DNA of 64,000 nt from Entomortierella parvispora E1425 (taxonomy: Eukaryota > Fungi > Mortierellomycota), in NCBI GenBank assembly GCA_020891255.1, contig BQFW01000002.1, forward strand, positions 1,240,001 through 1,304,000, read 5' to 3'. This document shows, piece after piece, positions 1 through 13,543 of this stretch. Numbering within the stretch: the first letter of the stretch is position 1; each line of letters starts with the position of its first letter. A model generated the notes under the pieces. It saw only the letters and a list, made by a program, of their open reading frames with translations, ran no database searches and was not told where the DNA came from. The position numbers and the translations under genes are program-made.

Positions 1-96
1 TAGTTGGGCCATTAAACAGTTCTTGAGCTAAAGCTAGGTGAAAGCACATGCGGAGAGTAACTCCTGCCCAGCGTAACTCCTGGTCCTCAATCTCAC

Positions 97-425
97 CAGA
101 TGCTTTTGCTCCAGTGGCAATTCACAAATGATCCTGCCTTTGGACGCGGATACGAGCTTCAGCTATTGTAGTTAGAATATCAATAGCGGTTACATGAGCC
201 GGGATAGAGATGAAAAGATCATAGATGATACACAACCCTCAAATAAAAACCGTACTCCGGACAGGGCTTGCGCATCGAATCCGCCACAGGACAAAAAGTT
301 TGTCCTATCGAATGATAACGCGTTTACTTAGGGAAAGGATCGGTGCGATATCAGATCCAAGTGTTTACGCGATACCATGTACGGGTGACTTACCAGACCT
401 TCTTGCAATGGTTGAGCATGGGCAT
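97..425 (-). CDS. Acyl-CoA thioesterase 13 / PaaI hotdog-fold thioesterase, 5' part (3' end beyond the left window edge)
   Basis: Exons 425-394, 304-256 and 162-97 are joined by GT-AG introns (gtaagt, gtacgg, gtgaga donors) with matching phases. They give MPMLNHCKKVWTNFLSCGGFDAQALSGLKLVSASKGRIICELPLEQKHL, resembling the N-terminus of ACOT13/THEM2. A pyrimidine-rich 5' leader lies upstream. Confidence 0.75.
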
Positions 426-925
426 GGGTGAAGATTAGCTTTTTTTTTGATGAGTGAATGAATGAAAAGGAAGGAAGGAATGAAAGGATGAATGACGCCA
501 AAGTGGATCGGGTAAAGTGAGCAAAATAAAGAACCGATAATGACAGATTCTTGGATCTCCATATCTTCTGTGTATGACGAGCGGAACCATCGAGGACGAC
601 ATCCGGGGCCAGAAGGCGAGTCTAGGATGACCTGCCCCTCTTCCTAGCTCTGCGGTGGATCTCCTACCAGCCTGGCCTAGGAACGCGTCCATCGATCGAC
701 TTTCCCTTCCCCGCAACTCCAAAAAAAACCCCCCCAGCGTGACGTGAGCGGGGGAGAGCAGCACCCCTTAACAGCCATCTCGAGGTGATCAGACCACAGT
801 CATGATGTCGACAATGAGGGATGAATGCGTCGCGCTTACCTTGAATTAATTCGCCCCCGCTCGTACCTCTTCCCCCTTCTTCATCACATTCGCTACTCCC
901 CCCTACTCACACACAACCCCACCCC

Positions 926-3256
926 ATGGATCCCCGTCTCTCCTCCAGGGAAGCCAGCGTGCTCCATGCCGCAGCTGTCACCCGCAACTACTCGATCGAG
1001 CCTCGTCTCGGTAATGCCTCGCTCGCTCTCTCGCTCTCTTTTGCTCACTTGTCCCCTTCCTCCTTCACATGTCTGTGTGTTCATGGAACCAATTGGGTCC
1101 ATGACATCCACTCTTTTTCTTGCTTTTAAGGCCATATGTGCCCCACCTTCGCTCCATCTTTTGTTCTCTCCTTTGCTAATGGAATCAAAACTGGCTTCTT
1201 GTGCTAATCCTGCTCCTGTCTTGCGTGTTATACTCAACCTTGCTCTTCCCACGACACTCTTTCAGACTACCGCACCGTCGCAGGAATCAACGGACCCCTG
1301 GTGATGCTCGACAATGTCAAGTTCCCAAAGTTCTCAGAGATCGTTGAGCTGACTTTGCCCGACGGCACCAAGCGCGCCGGTCAGGTCCTCGAAGTCCAGG
1401 GCAAGAGAGCTGTCGTTCAGGTACGTGAGCTACTCGTGTTCTTTTTAGTGCCTTGCACTATCAGCAGGGTCATTATTGGGTCATGATCATGCTGACCATC
1501 CCCTATCTTGACCTCTTTGTATTTTTATCAATGACAGGTCTTTGAGGGCACTTCCAGCATTGACGCTAAACAAACACACGTCGAGTTCTCTGGCGATGTC
1601 CTCAAGATGCCAGTGTCCGAGGACATGTTGGGACGCATCTACAACGGATCTGGAAAGAGTATCGACCAGGGACCCAAGGTCTTTGCTGAAGATTACCTGG
1701 ATATCCAAGGTAACCATCACGATGCATGTTTGCTTATACATAGGAACAGGAAAGGCCCAATGCCATTTGCAATGCTTGTTGCGTAAAGTCTAATTTCTGA
1801 GAACACTCGTTTTTTTCGACCCTAGGCTCACCCATCAACCCCTACTCTCGTATCTACCCCGAGGAGATGATCCAGACTGGTATCTCGGCTATCGACACCA
1901 TGAACTCGATCGCCCGTGGTCAAAAGATTCCCATCTTCTCAGCTTCCGGATTGCCTCACAACGAGGTATGGAGGATCGAGTGTCTTCTTTTCTGAATTGA
2001 TAGCAGCAACATTTTCTAATCTCACATTGTCTTTGTTTCCTTTCATCACCTCCTGCGAAATAGATTGCTGCCCAGATTTGCAGACAGGCTGGTTTGGTCA
2101 AGAAGACAAAGGGCGTATTTGATGACCATGAGGACAACTTCGCCATTGTGTTCGCTGCTATGGGTGTGAACATGGAGACTGCTCGCTACTTCAAGCAGGA
2201 TTTCGAGGAGGATGGCTCCATCGAGCGTGTCACATTGTTCCTCAACTTGGCCAACGACCCTACTATCGAGCGTATTATCACTCCTCGTTTGGCTTTGACC
2301 ACTGCAGAGTACTACGCTTACCAATTGGAGAAGCACGTCTTGGTTATTCTTACTGATATGAGTTCATACGCCGATGCCTTGCGTGAGGTCTCTGCTGCTC
2401 GCGAGGAGGTGCCCGGTCGTCGTGGATACCCCGGTTACATGTACACGGATTTGTCCACCATCTATGAGCGTGCTGGTCGTGTCGAGGGCAGAAACGGATC
2501 GATTACCCAAATCCCTATTTTGACCATGCCCAACGATGGTAAGAAGGAGGCATTCTTGTTTAGCTCCACAGTGAAGACAGGACTTTGCCGTGAAGATTCT
2601 AACTACTTTTCATGGTGATGTATTAGATATTACCCATCCTATTCCTGATTTGACTGGCTTCATTACCGAGGGTCAGATTTTCGTCGACAGACAGATGTAC
2701 AACCGTCAAATTTACCCACCAATCAATGTCTTGCCCTCGCTGTCGCGTCTTATGAAGTCTGCCATCGGTGAGAAGCTGACTCGCAAGGATCACGGTGATG
2801 TTTCCAACCAGCTCTACGCCAAGTATGCCATCGGTCGTGACGCTGCTGCCATGAAGGCTGTCGTCGGAGAGGAGGCATTGAACCAGGAAGATAAGCTTTC
2901 TCTGGAGTTCTTGGAGAAGTTCGAGAAGACCTATATCGCTCAAGGTAATACTTCAACTGTGCGACACTTGTTGTATCAATTGATCCTGTCTTTGGGCATT
3001 TACCACTCACACTCTTGTCCTTTTTTTTTATCATTCTTTTTCTTGCTCAGGAAACTACGAGTCTCGCACAGTGTTTGAGTCCTTGGATCAGGCTTGGTCT
3101 TTGCTTCGTATCTTCCCCAAGGAGATGCTTAACCGTATTCCCCAGAAGCTCCTTGCCGAGTTCTACCAGCGTGACCGTAAGGGACGTGGCCGCCACAGCA
3201 GCAGAGACGATGGCACGTCAGCGCCCAACGAGGATGAAGGTGATGATGATAACTAG
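926..3256 (+). CDS. VMA2: Vacuolar H+-ATPase V1 subunit B (516 aa, 7 exons)
   Basis: Exons 926-1010, 1266-1420, 1538-1709, 1826-1965, 2064-2538, 2627-2944 and 3051-3256 sum to 1551 nt. Hallmark peptides: [68 protein letters not shown]. Confidence 0.98.
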
Positions 3257-4024
3257 AGAGCACACATCCTCTGACATAAGGGATAGCCAGAGAGGACAGA
3301 AGAATTGCAACTATTGCAAAAAATCTGGGCCTCAAACGGAAGATGAACAAAAGAGTATGGTCGAGGACCTATTACACGACAAGCCGGTGAGAGACCGCAA
3401 TAAAACATCCATTATCTTTGAACGCGCGTCCCTGTGAGGAAAGAAGTCAGCACAGCAGAAGCAAAGGCCGAGACGCGCTTGCCAAGGCATGGACCGACCG
3501 TAGGATGACTTCAATTCGAGGTCAAACAGTGACAGTGATTATTTCACATGTCAAGAGAGCACTTTCATTATTTGGTGGGTCAAGGACCGTTCCCACAAGC
3601 AGATGCCGCGTGCGCTGGTTGCTGACAAGCAGCCAAACAGCAAATGCTGCAACCAGTCGACCGACAGAGAGAGAAGGAAAGAGGAAAAGACAGGTAGGAG
3701 GAGAGGGAAGGACACGAGCCACAGTCGGATGGGACAGCCAAGACCTTCCACCGCATGCGGTTCCTGAAGGGCACAAAGGGTGATGATAATATGCTCTCGC
3801 ACGCGCTTCTTTTTTACACTTTGCCTGCCTTTGTCACTCTGCCCCCAACGACCTTTCTGCCTCCTTTCTTTCCTTCATTCATTCCTTCAGCGCACTGTCC
3901 ATCTTCGCATTCCCTTTCTCTTCTTCATCCCACCCAGGAATCCCCTTCCTCCTTTTCCTGCCCTCGTTTATTCATTCATTTATTCATTCTCTCTCACACT
4001 CATCAACCGCACTCTCAAAGGCTC

Positions 4025-6357
4025 ATGACACTCTTTGAGGCAAGGAACAGGAATCCACTCTTCTCCGACGAGACTCTCAGTCCCCTTGGTCTCCCTTCTC
4101 TTTGTCCGACATTGTCCATTTCTAATGAAGGTCATTGTTACTCGACTGTAGATTCTCTCCTTCTTCATCACACCGCTGCTGGGTCTCCTCGAGCCCTATG
4201 TGCAGCAAGTGATTCAGACCCTAACCTCCTCGGCTTTGCACCGCAAGATTATAAAGTTCTTCATTGGTCTCGCTGTCTTGGCCCTGTTGGTCGGCGTATC
4301 GGTGGCTGCCTATCTCAGCTTCTACTGGGTTTACATCCCTCAACGCGGCCATGTTGGCCAGGTTCATTTGCAGTACGACCGACCCACGTAAGTACAATCG
4401 CCTGTGGATATTGTTGTTGATATTGTCGTCGATATTGTTGGGTTGGGCTAATGGCTGGTGACTTGAGCTTGATCACGCTCTTGGATCAACTGTAGCAACG
4501 CTTTCAAGCTATATCCCTCTGCTGACAAAACCTGCCTTTTTATATGTAGTGTCCCTGGAGTCATCGGCCATGGCCCCTCCGCTGAGGTCGACTTTTCTCG
4601 AGGAGGACGATATGGACAGGTATGAGTTACAGGACTGATGAAGACTCGCCACAGCTGCTGGGCCATGCATAGGGCACATGCTGACCAGGCTCTTTCCCTC
4701 AATTAGTTTTTGCGCGGAGACCAAGCATATGATATCTCTGTTAATCTACATGTGCCGACCTCTGAGAAGAACGTGGCCATCGGCAACTTCATGGTAGTGG
4801 TCACTCTGCTGACATCCGAGGGCAAGACCATCATGACGTCCAGCAGACCCGTAAGGCACTTTTACCCTGGACAGAGTTAATATCTCGGTTGAACTAGTAC
4901 TTATTGCTTCTGTATTATGTAGGCCATTCTCACTTATCAGTCGACCCCGTTGAGATTGATGCGTACCGCTTGGAAAGCCGTGCCTCTAGTGTTGGACTGG
5001 TCCAAGGAGGATCAGGTTTTGAAAGTGCCATTGATTGAGAACTACATTGAAGACACTGCCAACCCTGTCTCTCGAGCCTACGTGGAGATCTCGACTCCAG
5101 ACCTTCAGGTTTACAAAAGCTCTATCCATTTGGATGCTCACTTCCACGGCCTCAGGTATATTACCGTGATAGCAGAATGATCAACAGTGTAAACAGCCAT
5201 GGCAAGGTGTATCACTGGAACTAATGCGACGACTCTCTAGGTTCTTCATGTACTACTATAAGATTTCAACGGCTTTGGTGTTCATCGCTGTCTTTATCTT
5301 TTGGGAGATCATCTTCTCGGTCGTTACATGGCAGGTACTGGCAGGCTGGTTCGGAAGCGACGCGGAAGCGCTGGCAATTGCTCATCAGATCCGTCCTACT
5401 CCTGAAGGGTCTGGAGGGCGCCATAATCAACTCAGAGCACCCACCACGTACGCCGCTGCACCTATTGCCTCTCAAGCTCAAGCGTCTTCAGCTGGACCTT
5501 CGCCTCGTCAGCCACAGTTCCAAGAGGATGGCTCAAGACAACCGCGCTCAGGAGTACCTCCCCCCAATGATTCGGACAGTGAGTTTGAGGAAGAACCTAT
5601 GACGAGTAGATCGCACACTCAAGGAGACCTTCTCTTTGATCACGACAAACTCGATGAGGACGACGAGGACGACGAGGATCATGAAATTCAGCAATTAGGC
5701 CCACAAGGACGTCGTTCACCTTTCAGGGACGATGCTGTGGTTCCAGACCGACCTTCTACACCCTCCAACTCCCAGCGTCGTGCCGCCAGAGAGTCTGAGC
5801 TCACGCATCGCACCTCCGCCACCAATCTGTCATCAGGAACGAATACCCCACGACGCCGCACCAATCACCAGAGCACCGTCTCGACTGATGATGGAGCGTC
5901 TACTTCTGGAACCACTACCTCTGCGTCCAGCAGTCGCCAAGCAGGAACAACAGGCGCCCAAGACTTTTCAATGACTTCTTCTCCTGGACTTCGACCTTTC
6001 CCTCCACCTCCACCACCCTCTGTCCGATCTGAACGATCGTCCGATATTCAAATGTCTCAACAAGCGGGACGTGGACAACTTCGCACAGAGGTGGAATCTG
6101 AGTACACCGAGGAGGATGACGAGTACCTTGAAGGCGTGGACGACGACGATGATGATGACGATGATGATGATGACGAGGAAGGCGAGGTCACTTTTGGTGA
6201 AGAAGATTTTGCTGATGCATCCCACTTATCACGCCCACTCACCTCCTCCACCTCCAACACCGCAAGTTTGGCTCGTCCTAGACGGGGAGGATCCCCAAGC
6301 GGAGCAACTGGCGTCTCAAATTCAACAGACACTGGTCGAAGCACAGCACGATCATAA
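4025..6357 (+). CDS. SEI1: Seipin (lipid droplet biogenesis protein) with a long acidic, disordered C-terminal tail
   Basis: Exons 4025-4039, 4152-4387, 4550-4619, 4707-4850, 4923-5155 and 5241-6357. Two TM segments flank a luminal domain containing FLRGDQAYDISVNLHVPTSEKNVAIGNFMV and LQVYKSSIHLDAHFHGLRFFMYYY. Confidence 0.9.
4040..4151 (+). other. Non-canonical GC-AG intron (seipin intron 1)
   Basis: GAG|gcaagg donor after a 15-nt ATG exon, CTAAT branch site at 4122-4126, and ctgtag acceptor. Splicing restores the frame, while the exon 2 frame has a TAG immediately upstream. Confidence 0.7.
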
Positions 6358-6879
6358 TCAGTCAGAGGGCAAAAAGACCAAGGTCCAATTCAAGATACAA
6401 TAATCTTTTGTTTTTGACGAACAAACCAATACCGCCCCATTCCCTTTGCGTGATCGCACGCCACAATGCATATACTCCCGCCTTATCTGGCAATAAACGC
6501 CATCCAATACGTAAACATGTTTATTTTTATCGACCCTTGACCACCATTTTTTTTTTCTTGTCAAAGGGTCCCTCGCGCCAGGCACGGGGTTTATTGTCTG
6601 TTAATTGTAAGTACACATACGCAGGTGCGCCTGCTCCACCCAAAGGAAACTGACTAAAGAAAATGCCTTTGCATTGCACGACCCGTCTATGACGGCCCAT
6701 ATACCCTGGTTTCGTAACACGGCGACCATAGTCTCCGATGTGATGGTTTTTGACGCCACCAAAATTGTACTGTCGATCACGTGATTCACCGCCAAAGTCA
6801 TTAATGTGCACGTGACCTTATTTATTTCTGAATATAGATGTCTGAAAATCTTTCTAGATATCAACAAGTCAACGGCCTA

Positions 6880-6952
6880 GCCCGGTTAGCTCAATCGGTA
6901 GAGCGTCAGACTCTTAATCTGAAGGTTGTGGGTTCGACCCCCACATTGGGCG
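6880..6952 (+). tRNA. tRNA-Lys (CTT)
   Basis: 73 nt with acceptor stem GCCCGGT/ATTGGGC, anticodon arm TCAGA-CTCTTAA-TCTGA, T-loop GGTTCGAC, and a T-rich Pol III terminator downstream. Confidence 0.98.
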
Positions 6953-7856
6953 CTTTCTTTTTGCCTCTTTTCTCCAGGCCAGTATCTCCAAGACGACATT
7001 GCATGGAAGAGAAGGGACTTGACAACTCTTGCAGTTCTCTTTTTTTGAGTCTGTCGACATGACAGCACTCTATCTATACATTTTTTCCAGATTAGGAACA
7101 AAGTGAGAATATTGGTCCAACAAGACCATGTTGAAGGTCTAAAGTGAATATGACAACTACAGTACAGAGTGTTCAACCACAAGATGTGCTGACGCGAGTT
7201 GATTTCCACCCCAACAACCCCTCCTCGGAGCGAAATGATCCTCTTCTTGTGACACTAAGCACGTTATTCGCGTCGTCAGAATGGTCACTGGCTAATTGGG
7301 AAAAGATCATCTCGCCCCAGCAATTGTTTGCGCTAGAGAAGGAAAAAACCCCCAAGCAGACGCCCTGCGACCATGCTCCCTTTCCCCACGGGCAACATTC
7401 CTGACGGACAGAGCGGGATACACAGCAGACAAGCAGACAGACAAGGGTTCCTTCACGTGGAGAGCCGTGGCGGGATGAGGGGAACAAAGCGTAAAAGAGC
7501 AAACTCTGTTCGCGGGGATCTTTTTTTTTTTTGTTTGTTTGCTGTGATGTAGATATCTCACCTTTACTTCATTGTTCATTGTTCATACCCTCTCCTGTTC
7601 CTTGCTCCTTCTTTTCTCTTCCTCCCTTTCTCTCCCTAGTATCCAACACACTGACGCCCTCATCACTTCCTCCACTCACTCCTCATTCTCTCTACTCATT
7701 CACATCATCTCTTTTTCTTTGCATCCTTCCAGTTGTCGTTGCTCCAACAAACAAAACGCCGGATTTGTTTCACCACACAGACACGTCGTTCGTTGCACCC
7801 TGCCCCTCTTCTCCTGATCCCTAGATCGACTTCCGACCTACTTCTTTCCTCTCGGG

Positions 7857-10195
7857 ATGATTTTCGATCATGTCCTCACGAGAGGCGCTGCACGTTCTCT
7901 AGGCGTGCTCGCTATCGCCGTCCCCGTGGTGGCGACTTTTTTCTTCGTCTACCTGCTCGCGTACCGGGAGACACCTCTGGATACCCTCGTAAACAACTTC
8001 CCACTCTTTCTTCAACTTCTTCAGTCAAATATCTCGATACCCACTTCTGCAGCCTTCTCAATACCCACAGCAACGACCACAAAACTCCTCGATGTTGCAC
8101 CACACAACATCATGGCAGCATCTCCACTACCAGCACAGTCTCTCCTAAACACGTACAATGATGAGCACAATCTGCATGAATCTGACATCAGCAACTTCAC
8201 TCTACCTCCACTGGTCAATGGCCTGCTTAAAGTCGCAATGTTCTTGGAGAGGCGCGGTTATGGTGTCACGGCGACCCAGATTCCAGGATATTCGTCCCTG
8301 GTGGTTTTATTCCAGTCCCTTGAGCGGACCCTTCTGGGTCCAATATTCTATCTCCTGGCCACTCGCCAGACCTTGAGTTGGATCGTGTCCGCGATCCATC
8401 TATGGATGGCCTCTGAACTCGTCTTTTACGTCTATTTTTGGAGGCGTCTTGCTCATCTTCAGCACGTTGGTGGTATGATGCAGGGCCCTAAGTCCTCCAA
8501 GGACCGTAAAGAGCTTTTCCAGCGGTGTATGGAGACAGTATCGCCGGGGGAGGGCGCCAGAAAGTGGGTGGAAACCTGGTTCGACACTGGCAGGACAGCA
8601 GAGCCGGCCAAATTTGACCAAGTCGGACGATCGAATATGATGCACTGGTAGGTTGTTTGTTGCGCATTCCAATGATGATGGATTACCAAGCGCAGATCTT
8701 CGGCAGTTCTTCGGTTAGACCATTCTCCCTCTCTTCTTCCTTCATGTTTCCTTCATGTTTACTTGAACTACATCATTCATGGGGCTGAAGAATTGTTCCT
8801 TTGCTCCCCCCCTCTTTTTTTAACATCCGAAGCTGGGAACCTGGGAACTGTCCGTCAAGAAGGAGGGCTCTCCGTTATCCAGGATGGCGGCGGTCCTTCC
8901 CTTTTTTTCTGGGGACGTCTATTTACCGTCGTATGATTGCCCTATAATATAGGCTGGCATGGTCTTTCTGGGCGGCTTCAGTCGACGAAATCTTTGAATC
9001 GCCATCCGGGATGATGGAGCTCAATGCGATGGTCGACACGATTGAACGTACAAAAGACATCCGGTTTGCAAAGGGATTCAACCCAGAGATTGAGTGTATC
9101 CGCCTTTCCCAGGACCCTGTCATTGCCTCGTATCGTCCGCTCATTCACTACGGCGTAGGTGGACTCCCTCTGCTATGCTATGACGTTATGACGTATTGTT
9201 GATTCTAATCTCGCTTCGCCCATTTTTTTTTCTCCGGCTTCCGGCCACAGTTAATCTGGTGCGTCAACGTTATTGCCGGTGTTGTCTTCCGGCTTGTCGG
9301 CTTTGTTCGGCACGAGAGCAAAGCCACGCGTTCGTCAGACATGCTTTACGCAAGCAGCTCCAGCGCCTTTGACCCGCGCACGGACCTGGCTTATTGGCAT
9401 CGGTCGCCCGTCGATCCTGAAAATAAGGTCCCTCTAGTGTTTATCCATGGCATTGGTATCGGCCTGGCACAGTATTTTCATTGGGTCTTGGCCCTGACGA
9501 CCATATCCCGACCGATCATCCTGATCGAGGTGTCCTATGCCTCCAGCAACTTTTTTCTGCGCGAGAGCATGACTCCAGACGAGATGTACTGTGCAGTGGA
9601 GAGAATTCTGAAGGAACAAGAGTACGCGAAGGCGACATTCATGGGTCATTCCCTCGGAACTATCGTGTGTGCTGCAATCTGTCGCGCTAGTCCCGCCTCT
9701 TCGCCTATATCCATCATATCGGGCCTAATCCTGGCAGACCCTATTTGTTTTTTCACCCTTCATTCTATTGCCCGCAATTTCGCCTACAGGACCCCATCCA
9801 CGGCTAGCGAGTTGATTATGGGCCACTTTGCGGCGCGTGAGATTGGAACATCCTGGTACATCATGCGTCGTTTCTGTTGGCATCAATGCGTCATGTTCCC
9901 TGTCGCCTGGAAACATCGAGATGAATCCGTGTCCAAGTCCTTTAATGTTTCCAGTGATACCTTTTCCTCCATTCGGGGACGATTGTCTCCCGTGCTGCCA
10001 AAACAGACGAGGGTGTTCTTGTCCGAGAAGGATAATCTGTTGGACATGGGCCTGGTTGCCGAGTACCTTCGCGATCAAGTCGGGCTAAAGGAGGAAAAGG
10101 AAGAGCTGGTGGTCATGAAGGGCATGGAGCACGCCCAATTCCTGTTGCATCCGAGCTGGTTTTTGAAAATGCTGAAAGCAGCCCTGGAGTGCTGA
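7857..10195 (+). CDS. Membrane-anchored alpha/beta-hydrolase fold protein (putative lipase/esterase)
   Basis: Exons 7857-8647, 8953-9154 and 9251-10195 are in frame. N-terminal TM helices, oxyanion region VFIHGIGIG, nucleophile motif GHSLG, and candidate Asp (SEKD) and His (MEHAQF). Confidence 0.85.
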
Positions 10196-10668
10196 CGAAA
10201 GAAAGAGTGCTGACGAAAGAAAGAAAAAAAAAAGTCTCCTTCATACCATGTCGTCATTGTAGGTAGAAATAGTCTGGACCTATCATGTATTAGACCCTGT
10301 AAAGTACCCTCAATTCACTAACATCTTTTGCCGACCCTCTTATCAAATGTTCAGTTGCATGAATGAGAGACGTTCTTGGGCCGCCTTGACCCACTTTTCC
10401 TTCTTCCCCCCTCTCTCCATTTCGCACATGTCTGTGCGACAATGCAAAAAGAGAAAAAAAGAAAAAGAAAAAAGCCCCCAAGTGAACATGAGAAGCGACT
10501 AAAACAATGAGAACGTGGACGTGTTCTACCCGAAAGAGGTGAATATTTTTATTCCGCTGGATAATTCGCGATTGCGCTATTCTTCCTTTTCGCGTGAGAA
10601 AAAGTAGTAACAGAGGAGAGAGATAGAGTGAGAAGGGAGAGAGAAAGAGGACAGATTGCTCCCTCTTT

Positions 10669-11147
10669 CTAGTTGGCGTATTGCTCGTCGTAGAGCTTCT
10701 CGGCCTCCTTCTTGGCCTGGTGCTTGGCCTTCTCACGGTCGAGGAAATCCAAACCCTTGGTCTCGAAGAGCTTGTCGGCCTCGGCACCAGCCAAACCGGC
10801 CAAGAGCTCCTTGGTCAAGGTGTGCTTTTTTTCGTGGGAAATAAGACCAGATAAAGCAGAAGGAAAGAAAATGAGTCAATTGAACACGCACCTTCAAGAT
10901 AAGAATAAAGAGTGATGCCTTCCTTCCATTTTCTTCAAAGAGCAAGAGGAACAAGAACACAGGGGAAAGGAGGGCTATTCTCTAGAAGGAAATAAAACAG
11001 TCTTACCTTGCCACCGGGATGAGACGCCTCATAGGCCTTGGCAGCCTGGAAAGCGGCAGCGCCTGCAATCAATTCGTGAGACCAGTGGGACTCGTGCTTG
11101 GCGTTATCGCCATAGACTTGTTCATGAGCGTCGCCGAAACCGAACAT
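10669..11147 (-). CDS. CipC-like (DUF3759) small stress/antibiotic-response protein, copy 1 (98 aa)
   Basis: Exons 11147-11007 and 10824-10669: MFGFGDAHEQVYG...HELIAGAAAFQAAKAYE...KELLAGLAGAEADKLFETKGLDFLDREKAKHQAK. This matches the CipC family pattern. Confidence 0.88.
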
Positions 11148-11827
11148 TGTTTTTGGATTGGTATTGGGTGTGGAAAAGAGGTGGGAAGGAGATTTTGTTG
11201 AGAGAACTGAAAAGAAAGAAAGAAGAGAAAGGTGAACAATGGCCGAATCTATTTGAACGGCCCAAAAAAAAAAGGCCCAATTCACCCCTCTCTGAAAACC
11301 TGTTGGACCAGGTACCCTGGAGGATATCAATCATCAACTCGATGGGCGATATCGCCATCGCCTCTGCGATGAGCAAACAGCAAAGTCAAGAGACGAGACG
11401 CGTCCTTGCTTTTCTCATCGGCTCGCGATTCCTGCCTGAGCACACAGACCACAAAAATGAGACACAGAGAGAGACGAGAGAGTTTTTTGTGACGCAAAGG
11501 AGGAGTAAAGCACCATTACCTAGTCTCATGGTTTGCTTTCTATCGCGTGTGAATTTGCGCTTCGACCGACGATGGGCGCCCGCTATGGCCCTTCCCTCTC
11601 TTTTTTGCTTGTTCAGATGGTATTGACTGTATTTTTATTTTTCGCTGTCAAGACCACAATCGCTCGAGCGATTAGGACTCAGAATTTTTTTTGGTTATAT
11701 ACAAGTCCAAGGGACAACATCGCTCCTGAAGAGAGAATGTTGAGTCCTTTAGACGGCTTTTGTTTTGGTCTTGACGAGTAAATATGGATATACACGAGAC
11801 TGGCACGACATAAAAAGTTTCCACTCT

Positions 11828-12252
11828 TTAGTTGGCGTATTGCTCGTCATAGAGTCTCTCAGCCTCCTTCTTGGCCTGGTGCTTGGCCTTCTCACGGTCG
11901 AGGAAATCCAAACCCTTGGTCTCGAAGAGCTTGTCAGCCTCGGCACCGGCCATACCAGCGAGGATCTCCTTGGACAAAGAGTGCTACATGCAGGACAATG
12001 GCAAGTGAGGACGGTTAGCTTGTTGACGACATTTATGGAGGGAGGAATGGATGGAGGAAGAGGAGGCAAGGAATCCATTGATTGGAGGGAGACAGGGAAG
12101 GAGTTGCTTACCTTGTCACCGGGGTGCTGCTGCTCGTACAACTTGGCAGCCTGGAAAGCGGCAGCGCCGGCAATCAATTCGTGGGTCCAGTGGGACTCGT
12201 GCTTGGCATCCTGGCCATAGACATCGTTGTGAGCATCGCCGAAACCGAACAT
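11828..12252 (-). CDS. CipC-like (DUF3759) protein, copy 2 (98 aa)
   Basis: Exons 12252-12112 and 11983-11828, with the same exon lengths and intron position as copy 1. Confidence 0.88.
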
Positions 12253-13543
12253 GTTGATAAGTTTTGAAGTGGGTGTGGAGGTTGGGGAAAGGGAAAGGGA
12301 AAGTGGAAAGGATGAGAGAAGAAAGGGAAAAAGAGAAAACCATCGAGGTGCTGTCTCCCTTTTATACCTTGTTCGAATCGATCTTGAGAAAGACAACGAG
12401 CCAAGTCGCGCGAGCGTGGGCAATTGGGCGGGAAGCAAGCCTGAGGGCATGCCGAGGCAATGCGACACGTACAGCAAACGTCAATGCCAACCTAACAGCT
12501 GACATGTACAAAGAGTTCAAGGGGTGCATGAGGGATGCCTCGACAGACTTTTGTCTTCTTTGGCCTGGGGCTCTGGTCTAGTTCACGTACACGAGCGTTA
12601 CCCTTTCTTTTTTGGATGTTTGGCCTGTTTGCTTACGCTTCAAGATGACCACCACAGGAACAACCACCGATAGCCTGTTCTCAAACCTGATTGGGTGTAA
12701 GCGACGTTGCGGCAATATGTTTATTGGAGTCCAAGCCAAAAAAAAAAAAGAAATGCCCCAAAAGAGCAGAAAATCACTTTTGTCTTTGGGTCTATTCTAT
12801 TTCCGCTCATCCACAGTGCCATAGCGGTTCTGTGGATGGACACAAAGGGGCCGCATTTGTCCTAGTCTCTGCATGAATTTTCCTTTCGTTTCCATTTGCT
12901 TTGTTTGCAAGGGTTGAACCTTACTTCTGCGCGCGCAATTAGTATGCTTCAGGACCCGCGATGTCATATCTTTTTCTTTTTTGGAGGATCATGTCATTAT
13001 TGAAAGTGCTCACATGGTAGAAAAACGTAGAAACCTGCTTTTCAAAACTGATGATGACCATGCCCCCTCCTTCCTTCTTTTGCTATGGGTATATCTTCTT
13101 CCATGACATACATGCCTGTTTCCTCGCAGAGCTCTCCCTTCTTCCCCTACAGCCTTCGTCGGGAGCTCCTCTCCCGTGCCGTGAATTTTTTTTTTGTTGG
13201 CCAGTTGACCAGCAACCAGAACCGAACTTTGCAATCAACCAGGAAACACAATGCTCTCCACCATTATACATGACATGAGGTTTCTGGTGGATAAATGATT
13301 GTGATCAGGGTGTCCAGCCAAGGTTTGATATTTTCTTCGCTCCTCTGCTTATCACACCTTCGTAGCCGCTGTAGCCACGATTGTTCGAGTTGTCCCGAAG
13401 AGAAGTTGGACAGCGTTATAGCGTTATACCCTCAACCCAGCGCGCCATACCACAGCCACGAATCAAGGCAATGTCCACATAGAAGACCACCTAGAAAGGA
13501 AAGAAAGGGGGGGGGGGGGGGAAGGTGATCGGTCGACGTGTTC

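Noticed and set aside
7144-7404. 86-aa ORF downstream of the first tRNA-Lys
   Set aside because: No motif or homology recognised, and it lies in the likely promoter region of the hydrolase gene.
8668-8793. Possible intronic C/D-box snoRNA (ATGATGA ... CTGA) in hydrolase intron 1
   Set aside because: The terminal stem is only 4 bp and I could not recognise an rRNA-complementary guide. A snoscan search would be needed.
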